From NCBI GenBank assembly GCA_902478825.1, contig CABSMK010000001.1:1-33939 (forward strand): a DNA stretch of 33,939 nt, written 5' to 3'. Shown one piece after another: positions 26,186 through 33,939 of the stretch (position 1 is the first letter of the stretch; each line of letters begins with the position of its first letter). Source of the stretch: an uncultured Collinsella sp. (GTDB lineage Bacteria > Actinomycetota > Coriobacteriia > Coriobacteriales > Coriobacteriaceae). The notes below the pieces were generated by a model that saw only the letters and a program-made list of their open reading frames with translations, had not been told where the DNA came from and searched no databases. The position numbers and the translations under genes are program-made.

Positions 26186-27961
26186 ATGACGATCACCGAA
26201 ATCGACGAGAAGTTCATGCGCGAGGCGCTGGCGGAGGCTCGCGCCGCTGCTGCGGTGGGCGAGGTACCGATTGGTGCCGTGGTGGTACGCGCGGGCGAGA
26301 TTGTCGCGAGGGCGCATAATCGCCGCGAACTCGACCAGGATCCTTCGGCGCATGCCGAATTTTTGGCCCTGTGTGCCGCCGCTCAGACGCTTGGACGCTG
26401 GCGCCTTTCCGATTGCACGGTTTACGTGACGCTCGAGCCCTGCTGTATGTGCGCGGGGCTTATGGTTAACGCGCGCGTGGGGCGTTGCGCGTATGGCGCG
26501 ACCGATGCCAAGGCGGGCGCGCTGGGTTCGCTGTACGACCTCAATGCCGATTCGCGCCTGAACCATCGGTTTAATGTGACCGCCGGCGTGCTGGCAGGCG
26601 AGTGCCGTGAAGCGCTGAGCAGCTATTTTGCTGGCCTGCGCGGTGTCGACGGCGTCGGTTGCGGTTTGAACCTTGAGGCGCATGCGGCTCACGCCGAGGC
26701 GCTCGCGGGTGTTGGAGATCTCGCCGACGAGACGGTCGACTTTGGCCCCGTGCGGCGGCGGCCCCGCCGTGTGCTGCTGGCGACCGACTCCTTCAAGGGC
26801 AGCGTGTCGAGTGCGCAGGCGGAGGAGGCCGTTGCCGAAGGCGTGCGCCGTGTGTGGCCCGATGCCGAGCTGGGCGCTTTGCCGCTGGCAGATGGTGGCG
26901 AGGGAACGCTCGATGCCATCGCCGCGCGCGGTGGCGAGCTCTCGACCTGTGAGGTTGCAGGCCCCTTGGACTATCGCGTGTCTGCCCGGATGCTGGTGGA
27001 CGACGAGCACGACTCGGCTGTAATTGAGATGGCCGAGGCGGCGGGTATTGGGTATTCACCCTGCACGAAATCGGCGGCGCTTGCGGCTTCGACCTATGGC
27101 GTGGGCGAGCTCATACTTCGCGCGGTCCGCGCGGGGGCAAAGACTATCTATATTGGTCTGGGCGGCAGTGCCACCAACGACGGTGGCGCCGGCATGCTGC
27201 AGGCGCTGGGTGCCCACCTTGTTGATGAGTGTGGCTGCAATATCGCCCCCGGTCTCGCGGGCCTTGAACATGTGGCGAGTATCGATTTGACACCAGCGCT
27301 TCGGGTACTGAATGGCGCGGGTCTTGTGGTGCTTTCCGATGTCGAGAATCCGCTCGTGGGGCGCCGCGGTGCACTGGCAGTGTTCGGTGGACAGAAAGGT
27401 CTGCCGACGGGGGATGCCGAGGCCCTGGGCAAGTACGACAGCTGGATGGTCGGTTACGGCCGCCTGCTCGATGCGGCGATTACCGGGGTGCGGGCTCAGG
27501 GGTTGTTGCGCGTGCCCGAGGGTGCACGGACATTTGGTTCGGTGCTCGGCGTGCCCGGTGCCGGTGCTGCCGGCGGCCTGGGTGCCGCGCTGCTGGCGCT
27601 CGGTGCCGAGTTGCGTTCGGGCGTGGAGACGGTGCTCGATCTGATTGGGTTTGACGAGCGCGTCCGCGATGTCGACCTGGTCATTACAGGCGAGGGTAAT
27701 ATGGACGAGCAATCCGCCGCCGGTAAGGCACCGGTGGGCGTGGCCCGTCGTGCGAAGCGATATGGCAAGCCGGTGGTCGCCGTCGTGGGCGGTCGTGCCG
27801 ACAACCTGGATGCGGCGTATGGGCAGGGTGTCGACTTAGTTCTGCCGGTCTGTCGCAGACCCATGCCCCTTGACCAAGCGCTCGACCCCCAGGAAGCCAC
27901 AATCAACCTCATCTGCGCCGGTGAAGCCGCCGCCCGATCCTACGACCTCGCCCGTATCTAA
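26186..27961 (+). CDS. tadA: Fusion of tRNA adenosine(34) deaminase TadA and glycerate kinase (GlxK/GarK family)
   Basis: N-terminal GEVPIGAV, AHAE, TLEPCCMCAG, DAKAGA; C-terminal DSFKGS, ADGGEGT, GLGGSATNDGG, GAAGGLG, TGEG..D.QS..GK.P; one frame without a stop. Confidence 0.92.
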   Translation: MTITEIDEKFMREALAEARAAAAVGEVPIGAVVVRAGEIVARAHNRRELDQDPSAHAEFLALCAAAQTLGRWRLSDCTVYVTLEPCCMCAGLMVNARVGRCAYGATDAKAGALGSLYDLNADSRLNHRFNVTAGVLAGECREALSSYFAGLRGVDGVGCGLNLEAHAAHAEALAGVGDLADETVDFGPVRRRPRRVLLATDSFKGSVSSAQAEEAVAEGVRRVWPDAELGALPLADGGEGTLDAIAARGGELSTCEVAGPLDYRVSARMLVDDEHDSAVIEMAEAAGIGYSPCTKSAALAASTYGVGELILRAVRAGAKTIYIGLGGSATNDGGAGMLQALGAHLVDECGCNIAPGLAGLEHVASIDLTPALRVLNGAGLVVLSDVENPLVGRRGALAVFGGQKGLPTGDAEALGKYDSWMVGYGRLLDAAITGVRAQGLLRVPEGARTFGSVLGVPGAGAAGGLGAALLALGAELRSGVETVLDLIGFDERVRDVDLVITGEGNMDEQSAAGKAPVGVARRAKRYGKPVVAVVGGRADNLDAAYGQGVDLVLPVCRRPMPLDQALDPQEATINLICAGEAAARSYDLARI

Positions 27962-27984
27962 GTCTTTCCGGGCAAGTCTCAATA

Positions 27985-28050
27985 AGTTGCGGTGGAATAG
28001 TTCCTGTTTTTGGCCTTGGGTCGTAAAACAGGAACTATTCCACCGCAACT
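27985..28050. repeat. Perfect 26-bp inverted repeat
   Basis: AGTTGCGGTGGAATAGTTCCTGTTTT-14 nt-AAAACAGGAACTATTCCACCGCAACT. Confidence 0.9.
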
Positions 28051-28088
28051 CAAAAGTGGTCTTTTGGCCCTGTCCCAAATTAGCTATC

Positions 28089-28117
28089 TTGCCCCATCGG
28101 GCGGGAGCGGGTAAGAT
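28089..28117 (+). promoter_or_regulatory. Promoter of SRP RNA
   Basis: TTGCCC-N17-TAAGAT, 7 nt before the RNA stem. Confidence 0.7.
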
Positions 28118-28124
28118 ATACCGA

Positions 28125-28242
28125 GCGCCTAGCGCGTTCGATGGGTTCGGATGACGACATGTTCCGAATCTGGTCAGGTCCGGAAGGAAGCAGCCATAAG
28201 GAGCCTCTGTCGGGCATCCGAATCCATCGAGCGCACGGGCGT
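28125..28242 (+). ncRNA. ffs: Signal recognition particle RNA (small bacterial 4.5S type)
   Basis: Conserved helix-8 TCAGGTCCGGAAGGAAGCAGC inside a long closing stem, followed by a T tract; adjacent to tadA as in many Gram-positives. Confidence 0.95.
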
Positions 28243-28260
28243 TTTTTGGTGCCGCGACAT

Positions 28261-28355
28261 GGCCCGGCCGGCGGCGAGGTATTTGGTGTCTCGCTGGTCC
28301 TCGGCTTTGCCTGCGGGATCGCTCGACTACCAAACACCTCGCCGCCGGCCGGGCC
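28261..28355 (+). repeat. 95-bp palindromic element downstream of SRP RNA
   Basis: 27-bp arms with one mismatch (28261-28287 / 28329-28355), inner CCTCGGC-TTT-GCCTGCGG. Confidence 0.88.
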
Positions 28356-28583
28356 CCGTCGTCCAAAAATCACCCGTAAAGGCGCGTTAATCTGAACAAT
28401 TCAATCCCTTGTCTAGTGCTGCTCATTGGCTTTGCCAAAACATGTTCGGGCGCTTTGTCTCTGTGCCTAGTTTCCTGATTGTTTCGGGGGCTTGTTCTGT
28501 AACGAGTTGCTTACGCATCTCCAGGGCTCTCCGTACTATCATGAATCAGATTGAAGAGAGATGATGATAGGGAGCGCCTATAC

Positions 28584-30440
28584 ATGATTGAGCTGCTCAG
28601 GCGTTTTGGTGGTAAGTTTCGCCGGTATATGGTGGTTGGTCCTGCGTGCAAGCTGATCGAAGTGATCTTTGACCTGCTGACGCCGCTGGTGATTGCCCAG
28701 ATGATCGATAAGGGCATTGGCTCGCACGACGTGAGCGCCGTTATCCACTACGGCATGGTACTTGCCGCTATGGCCGTGATCGGCATCTCGTTTACGCTTG
28801 TCTGCCAAAAGATGGCGGCGCTCACCTCGCAGGGCATGGGCACCGACATTCGCGGCGCACTCTACAAGCACATCAACAAGCTGAGCTATGCTGAGCTCGA
28901 TCGCTTTGGCACGCCGTCGCTCATCACGCGCATTACCAACGACGTCAACCAGGTGCAGCTCGCCGTGGCACTGGGCGTGCGTATGCTCATCCGCTGGCCT
29001 TTCCTGGCGGTGGGCTCCATGGTCGCGGCCCTCGCCATCGACCTTAAGCTCGGCATCATCTTTTTGATTTGCACGCCCGCCATCGGCTTGGTGTTTTGGT
29101 TTGTCATGGCGCGCTGCATTCCGTATTACAAGCAGCTGCAGGCAAAGCTCGACCGTATCGCGCTTATCTGCCGCGAGGGCCTTTCGGGCGCTCGCGTGGT
29201 TCGTGCCTTTGTGCGCGAGGACCACGAGCGCAAGCGTTTTGCCGAAGCCGCCGACGACCAGGCTCATACCGCCATCGCGGTGGGCAAGCTCTCGTCGATC
29301 CTTAACCCCGTCACGTTTTTGGTGATGAACCTGGGCGTGTGCGCCATCCTGTGGGTGGGCGGCATCCAGGTCAACGTGGGTGAGCTCACGCAGGGCCAGG
29401 TCATGGCGTTTGTTAACTACATGACGCAGACGCTCACCTCTATCGTGTACGTCGCCAACCTGGTCGTGGTCTTTACCAAGGCGAGCGCCAGCGCGTCGCG
29501 CATCAATGAGGTGCTCAACTGCGAGCCGAGCATCACCGACGAGGGCAACCAGCCGGTCGCGCTGCCCGAGCCGAGCGAACTGGCGGGTGGCTCGGCTCCA
29601 GTCCCCGCGCTGAGCTTTGACCATGCGAGCTTTTCGTTTGGCGCGGGCGCGGCAAATGCCGTGAGCGATGTGACCCTGAAGCTGCCACTGGGCAAAACGC
29701 TCGGCATTATCGGCGGTACAGGCAGCGGTAAGTCCACGCTTGTCTCGCTTATCCCGCGCCTGTACGATGCGAGCGCCGGCAGCGTGAGCGTGATGGGCGC
29801 CGACGTGCGCGCCTGGCCGCTCGACCAGCTGCGCCGTGTGGTCGCGACCGTCCCACAGCGCGCGTCGCTGGTGAGCGGCACCATCCGCAGCAACCTGACC
29901 TGGCGCGATGAGGCGGCAACCGACGAGGAACTCTGGGCGGCACTCGACATGGCGCAGGCGAGCGAGTTCGTGCGCAACAAGCCGCAGGGGCTCGATGCCC
30001 CGGTCGAGGCCGGCGGCAAGAACTTCAGCGGTGGCCAGCGTCAGCGTCTGACTATCGCGCGCGCCTTGGTGGGCTCGCCGCAGGTTCTGATCATGGACGA
30101 CTCCGCCTCGGCGCTCGACTTTAAGACCGACGCGGCGCTTCGCCATGCCATTCGCGAGCGCAGCGTGCGCGGTGCCGCCGAGGGCGGGCTGCCGCTGACC
30201 ACGGTGATTGTGACCCAGCGCGTCTCGACCGTGCGCGACGCCGACATGATCTGCGTACTCGACCACGGCTCGGTTGCGGGCCTGGGCACGCACGATGAAC
30301 TGTACACGACCTGCCAGCTCTATCGCGAGATCTGCCAGTCGCAGCTTCGCCGCGAGGAGCTCGAGGGCCAGCAGGGGAGTGCGGCGCTCGTGCCCGCTCC
30401 AACCGCCCCCGCATCCGTCTGCACAAAGGAGGGCTGCTAA
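28584..30440 (+). CDS. Heterodimeric ABC exporter 2, subunit 1
   Basis: TMD plus GGTGSGKST, FSGGQRQR, MDDSASALD. Confidence 0.94.
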   Translation: MIELLRRFGGKFRRYMVVGPACKLIEVIFDLLTPLVIAQMIDKGIGSHDVSAVIHYGMVLAAMAVIGISFTLVCQKMAALTSQGMGTDIRGALYKHINKLSYAELDRFGTPSLITRITNDVNQVQLAVALGVRMLIRWPFLAVGSMVAALAIDLKLGIIFLICTPAIGLVFWFVMARCIPYYKQLQAKLDRIALICREGLSGARVVRAFVREDHERKRFAEAADDQAHTAIAVGKLSSILNPVTFLVMNLGVCAILWVGGIQVNVGELTQGQVMAFVNYMTQTLTSIVYVANLVVVFTKASASASRINEVLNCEPSITDEGNQPVALPEPSELAGGSAPVPALSFDHASFSFGAGAANAVSDVTLKLPLGKTLGIIGGTGSGKSTLVSLIPRLYDASAGSVSVMGADVRAWPLDQLRRVVATVPQRASLVSGTIRSNLTWRDEAATDEELWAALDMAQASEFVRNKPQGLDAPVEAGGKNFSGGQRQRLTIARALVGSPQVLIMDDSASALDFKTDAALRHAIRERSVRGAAEGGLPLTTVIVTQRVSTVRDADMICVLDHGSVAGLGTHDELYTTCQLYREICQSQLRREELEGQQGSAALVPAPTAPASVCTKEGC

Positions 30441-32300
30441 ATGAACCCGTATACTTCTTCCGGTTCGGTCGCCACGATGACGGCCAACGTGTCCGGTAAC
30501 GATAACCTTAACGACCTGGGTGACGGTCCGCGCCAGCCCGGCGATCCCGAGCGCTATCCCGTGGGTGCGGTGACTCGCCGCCTGCTGGGCTATGTTCGCC
30601 CGCACCGCATTTCGTTTGCAGCGTCGTTCGTGAGTGCCGCTATCTCCGTGATTTTGCAGCTCTACACACCTATTCTCATCGGCGAGGGCATCGACCTGAT
30701 CATTGCCGCCGGTCAGGTGAACTTTGACGCGCTGCTGCCGCTTGTCACCAAACTCGCGCTCGTCGTGGTAGGTGCCGCGGCCTTCCAGTGGCTGCAGGGC
30801 TATTGCGTCAACCGCCTGTCCTACGAGACGGTGCGCGACATGCGCGTGGAGGCGAGCGACAAGCTCAGCCGCATGCCGCTCAGCTTTATCGACAGCCACG
30901 CCCACGGCGACCTTATGAGCCGCGTGGTCAACGATGTTGACCAAGTGGGCGACGGTCTGCTGCAGGGCTTTACCCAGCTTTTCACCGGCGTTATCACCAT
31001 TGTGGGCACGCTCGCGTTTATGCTCTCCATTAACCTGACCATGACGCTCGTGGTGGTGCTCGTCACGCCGCTTTCCATTTTTGCAGCCGGCGCCATCGCC
31101 AAGCTTTCCAACAAGAGCTTTACGGCCCAGCAGCGTATTCAGGGTCAGCTGGGCGGTCATATCGAGGAGTATGTGGGCGAGCAAAAGCTGGTGGACGCCT
31201 TCGCCTACGGCCCGCAAGCTCAACAGCGCTTTGATGCCCTTAACGCTGAGCTCTATACGGCAGGTGAACGCGCGCAGTTTATGGGTTCGCTCTCTAACCC
31301 CGGTACGCGCTTTATCAACAACATCATCTACGCCGCGGTCGCTGTGATTGGCTGCGTGGGCGTGATCACGGGCGTGCCGGCGGCGCTTACGGTGGGCGGC
31401 GTGCAGATTTTCCTGTCCTACGCCAACCAGTACACCAAGCCGTTCAACGAGGTTACCAACGTCATTACGCAGATCCAGACGGCGTATGCCTCGGCGCGCC
31501 GCATGTTCGCGCTGCTCGATGCGCGCGAGCAGGAGCCCGACGCGTCGGATGCCGGGGAACTTGCCGCCCCGCAGGGCGAGGTGACCTTTGAACACGTGGA
31601 CTTTAGCTATGTGCCCGACCGCAAGCTGCTGCAAGATATCTGCATCGAGGCCAAGCCCGGCATGCGCATTGCCCTGGTCGGCCCCACGGGCTGCGGCAAG
31701 ACGACGCTCATCAACCTGCTGCTGCGCTTTTACGATATCGATGCCGGCCGCATCGCGGTCGATGGCAAGGCTTCGCGCGACTACACGCGCTCGAGCCTGC
31801 GCCGTGCCTTTGGCATGGTGCTGCAGGACACCTGGCTGTTCGAGGGCACGGTGGCCCAGAACATTGCCTACGGCTGTCCCGACGCCACGCGCGAGCAGGT
31901 TATCGAAGCCGCCAAGCGCGCGCACGCGCACAAGTTTATCGTGCAGCTGCCGAAAGGCTACGATACGGTCATCGGCGAGGACGGCGGCACGTTTAGCCAG
32001 GGTCAAAAGCAGCTGCTGTGCATCGCGCGCGTTATGCTCACCGATCCGGCTATCCTGCTGCTGGACGAGGCGACCTCGAGTATCGACACCCGCACCGAGC
32101 TGCAGGTGCAGGCGGCATTCGACGAGCTCATGGCCGGCCGCACAAGCTTTGTGGTGGCGCACCGCCTGTCGACGATTCGCAACGCCGACTGCATTCTGGT
32201 CATGCGCGACGGCGAGATTGTCGAGCGCGGCACGCACGACGAGCTGCTGGCGGCAGGCGGCTTCTACGCCGAGCTCTACTGCAGCCAGTTTGCCCAGTGA
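30441..32300 (+). CDS. Heterodimeric ABC exporter 2, subunit 2
   Basis: TMD plus GPTGCGKTT, FSQGQKQ, LDEATSSID, VAHRLSTI. Confidence 0.94.
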   Translation: MNPYTSSGSVATMTANVSGNDNLNDLGDGPRQPGDPERYPVGAVTRRLLGYVRPHRISFAASFVSAAISVILQLYTPILIGEGIDLIIAAGQVNFDALLPLVTKLALVVVGAAAFQWLQGYCVNRLSYETVRDMRVEASDKLSRMPLSFIDSHAHGDLMSRVVNDVDQVGDGLLQGFTQLFTGVITIVGTLAFMLSINLTMTLVVVLVTPLSIFAAGAIAKLSNKSFTAQQRIQGQLGGHIEEYVGEQKLVDAFAYGPQAQQRFDALNAELYTAGERAQFMGSLSNPGTRFINNIIYAAVAVIGCVGVITGVPAALTVGGVQIFLSYANQYTKPFNEVTNVITQIQTAYASARRMFALLDAREQEPDASDAGELAAPQGEVTFEHVDFSYVPDRKLLQDICIEAKPGMRIALVGPTGCGKTTLINLLLRFYDIDAGRIAVDGKASRDYTRSSLRRAFGMVLQDTWLFEGTVAQNIAYGCPDATREQVIEAAKRAHAHKFIVQLPKGYDTVIGEDGGTFSQGQKQLLCIARVMLTDPAILLLDEATSSIDTRTELQVQAAFDELMAGRTSFVVAHRLSTIRNADCILVMRDGEIVERGTHDELLAAGGFYAELYCSQFAQ

Positions 32301-32427
32301 GCACGGCCGTGGGGCAAATGAATCAATCGACAGACGGTGGTTTACATCTGTCACGTAAGTACTAAGATATTCATCTAATAAATTGCATTAATGGCTCGAG
32401 TTTCGGGGGAAACGAGGCAACGTGACT

Positions 32428-32979
32428 ATGACATGCTCTTTGGTGGTCAACAGCAAGAGCGGTAATACCAGGATGGTTTCGGGTGCGATCAAGCGCACTC
32501 TGCAGGCTGCGGGCGTTGAGTTTGTCCATGCCGCGGCGTTGAGCGACGATGCGGATGCAGATCAGGTTGCGCTCGAGGCGCAGGGCGCCTGCGCGGCCGA
32601 CACAGTGCTCGTCGGTTTTTGGTGCGACAAGGGCGCGTGCACGCCTTCGGTCGCGGCGTTGCTCTCCGCCTTGCACGGCAAGCGCGTCTTTCTGTTTGGC
32701 ACCTGCGGTTTTGGGGCCGACCAGAGCTATTATCAGCAGATTATCGATCGTGTGACCTCCAATTTGGCTGAGGATGCCGAGCTTGCGGGTTGGGCGATGT
32801 GCCAGGGCAAGATGGGTCCCGCGGTCAAGCAGCGCTACGAGGCCATGCTCGAGCAAGATCCCGAAAACGCCCGATTTAAGATGCTGCTCGACAACTGGGT
32901 TGCCGCGAAGGACCATCCCACCAAGGAAGATCTGGACAACATGGCTGCAGCCGCCAAAAAGGCCGTGCTGGGGGAGTAG
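32428..32979 (+). CDS. Flavodoxin-like protein (resembles the BilS family)
   Basis: SKSGNT FMN loop, VGFWCDKG, FLFGTCGFG, MCQGKM, HP..EDL. Confidence 0.85.
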   Translation: MTCSLVVNSKSGNTRMVSGAIKRTLQAAGVEFVHAAALSDDADADQVALEAQGACAADTVLVGFWCDKGACTPSVAALLSALHGKRVFLFGTCGFGADQSYYQQIIDRVTSNLAEDAELAGWAMCQGKMGPAVKQRYEAMLEQDPENARFKMLLDNWVAAKDHPTKEDLDNMAAAAKKAVLGE

Positions 32980-33021
32980 CTCCCATCGCTGACGGCGGTC
33001 GGTCCATCTTTCTAAATGAAA

Positions 33022-33150
33022 CGTCCTCCCGGGCGTCGGGGCACGAAGTTCCCTGCTCTACAGTCCTGCGCAAGACGAAGGCCACATTAAGTGGCCTTCT
33101 TTGCGTGCGGAACTCGCGATGAACTTCGTGCCCCGCCGTCCGGGAGGACG
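33022..33150 (+). repeat. 129-bp palindromic element downstream of the flavodoxin gene
   Basis: 30-bp arms matching at 28/30 (33022-33051 / 33121-33150); inner GAAGGCCAC-ATTAA-GTGGCCTTC; core recurs at 32-59. Confidence 0.9.
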
Positions 33151-33218
33151 CCTCTTTATTGATGGGAGGCCTGATAGGTCGATGGTTCCGTGCCCGGATG
33201 CGTCCAAAGTGGGACGGG

Positions 33219-33896
33219 CGGGACCTCGGACGTTTTTCCGGACCATGTCCCGGCGCTATGCCGCATGGCCCCTCTCCTCGCGATACTCCCTAATGGTCTT
33301 CCATCCTAGGTCCTTCTTGAGCTTGCCGTCCCTGTACCACTCGATATATTCGCCGAGCAGGCGGGAGAACTCGTCGAACGGCACGCCGGTCCAGTCCCTG
33401 CCCTCGAGGAAGTCGCACTTGAGCGTGCCGAAGAACCCCTCGGCGCGCGCGTTGTCGGGGCTCCGGGCCCTCCTCGACATCGAGCGCACCACCCCGGGGC
33501 CGCACGCCTCGCGCCACTCGCGCCCCATGTAGACGGCGCCGCCGTCGGTGTGCACCGTGAGCGGCCGGTCCTCGGTCGGCCCGACTATCCCCACCAGGTC
33601 CCTGAGCATGCCGACCATCAGGTCGGAGTCGGCGTGGACCGAGACCCTCCAGCAGATCGGCCACCCGTCGAAGCAGTCGATCGCGGGCGACAGGTACGCC
33701 CTGTACCCGTCGAGCCTGAACTCCGTGACGTCGGTGACCACGAGCAGGCCGGGCGCGGCGGCGCGGAAGTCGTGCGTCCCGTCCCCGCGCAGGGGGACGT
33801 TGGCCGGGCGCTCCGCGAGCTCGCCCCGGTAGCTGCGGTACCTCGCCCTCCGGCGCATCTGCGCCGCCTTGCGGGCGACCAGGCCCTCCTCGCGCA
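33219..33896 (-). mobile_element. IS3-family insertion sequence, right portion (cut by contig end)
   Basis: DDE transposase fragment plus short downstream end sequence (gtccggaaaaacgtccg on the minus strand); exact terminus uncertain. Confidence 0.75.
33256..33896 (-). CDS. IS3-family transposase OrfB (rve integrase core), 5'-truncated
   Basis: VTDVTEF, YLSPAIDCFDG, VHTDGGAVY, SMSR..DNARAEGFFGTLK, YIEWY. Confidence 0.93.
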
Positions 33897-33939
33897 CTGT
33901 CTCTTATACACATCTCCGAGCCCACGAGACATGCGCAGA
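33897..33939 (+). other. Nextera adapter read-through with 8-nt index (artefact)
   Basis: CTGTCTCTTATACACATCTCCGAGCCCACGAGAC + ATGCGCAG + A. Confidence 0.99.

Noticed and set aside
25511..27010. 499-aa minus-strand ORF spanning tetR, tRNA and tadA
   Set aside because: Antisense shadow crossing a tRNA gene; no recognisable domain.
17594..32300. Degenerate Walker B and signature motifs in the ABC exporters as a sign of inactivation
   Set aside because: One degenerate and one consensus site is the normal arrangement in heterodimeric exporters.
28578..32354. 1258-aa minus-strand ORF
   Set aside because: Antisense shadow of two in-frame, high-GC ABC genes; no domain motifs.
32..33073. Whole window as a composite transposon bounded by 28-bp inverted repeats
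   Set aside because: The matches are internal parts of a dispersed palindromic element, and the enclosed DNA carries core genes (glmS, ffs, tRNA, ilvE, tadA).
33290..33932. ORFs starting MGSEMCIRDS and MSRGLGDVYKRQ
   Set aside because: These N-termini are translations of the Nextera adapter.

Overview
High-GC bacterial contig, inferred to be Coriobacteriia (Collinsella-like) from gene content and codon style. Untrimmed Nextera adapter sits at both ends. It is mostly chromosomal housekeeping and accessory DNA: polar amino-acid ABC transporter, a divergent EF-G paralogue, DNA/RNA non-specific nuclease, orphan LarE, HAD hydrolase, LacI, glmS, GntR, YeiH, a degenerate PrpR/NtrC-like regulator, nitroreductase, MarR plus heterodimeric ABC exporter, cysE, dedA, ilvE, lemA, TetR, tRNA-Ser(UGA), a TadA-glycerate kinase fusion, SRP RNA, a second ABC exporter pair, a BilS-like flavodoxin and a truncated IS3 transposase. 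The most unusual signals are: (i) the in-frame TadA-GlxK fusion between tRNA-Ser and SRP RNA; (ii) several ~95-130 nt intergenic hairpins with unrelated arms, two sharing an identical CC-TC-GG/CC-TGC-GG internal loop and one recurring at the contig start; (iii) a REP-like family with variable stems around a fixed 13-nt RGGGAC spacer; (iv) an EF-G paralogue with altered G3/G4 motifs behind a structured leader; (v) a shared CTTTA-N6-TAAAG operator before two amino-acid genes. No CRISPR array, prophage or defence island was seen. All calls were made by eye, without database searches.
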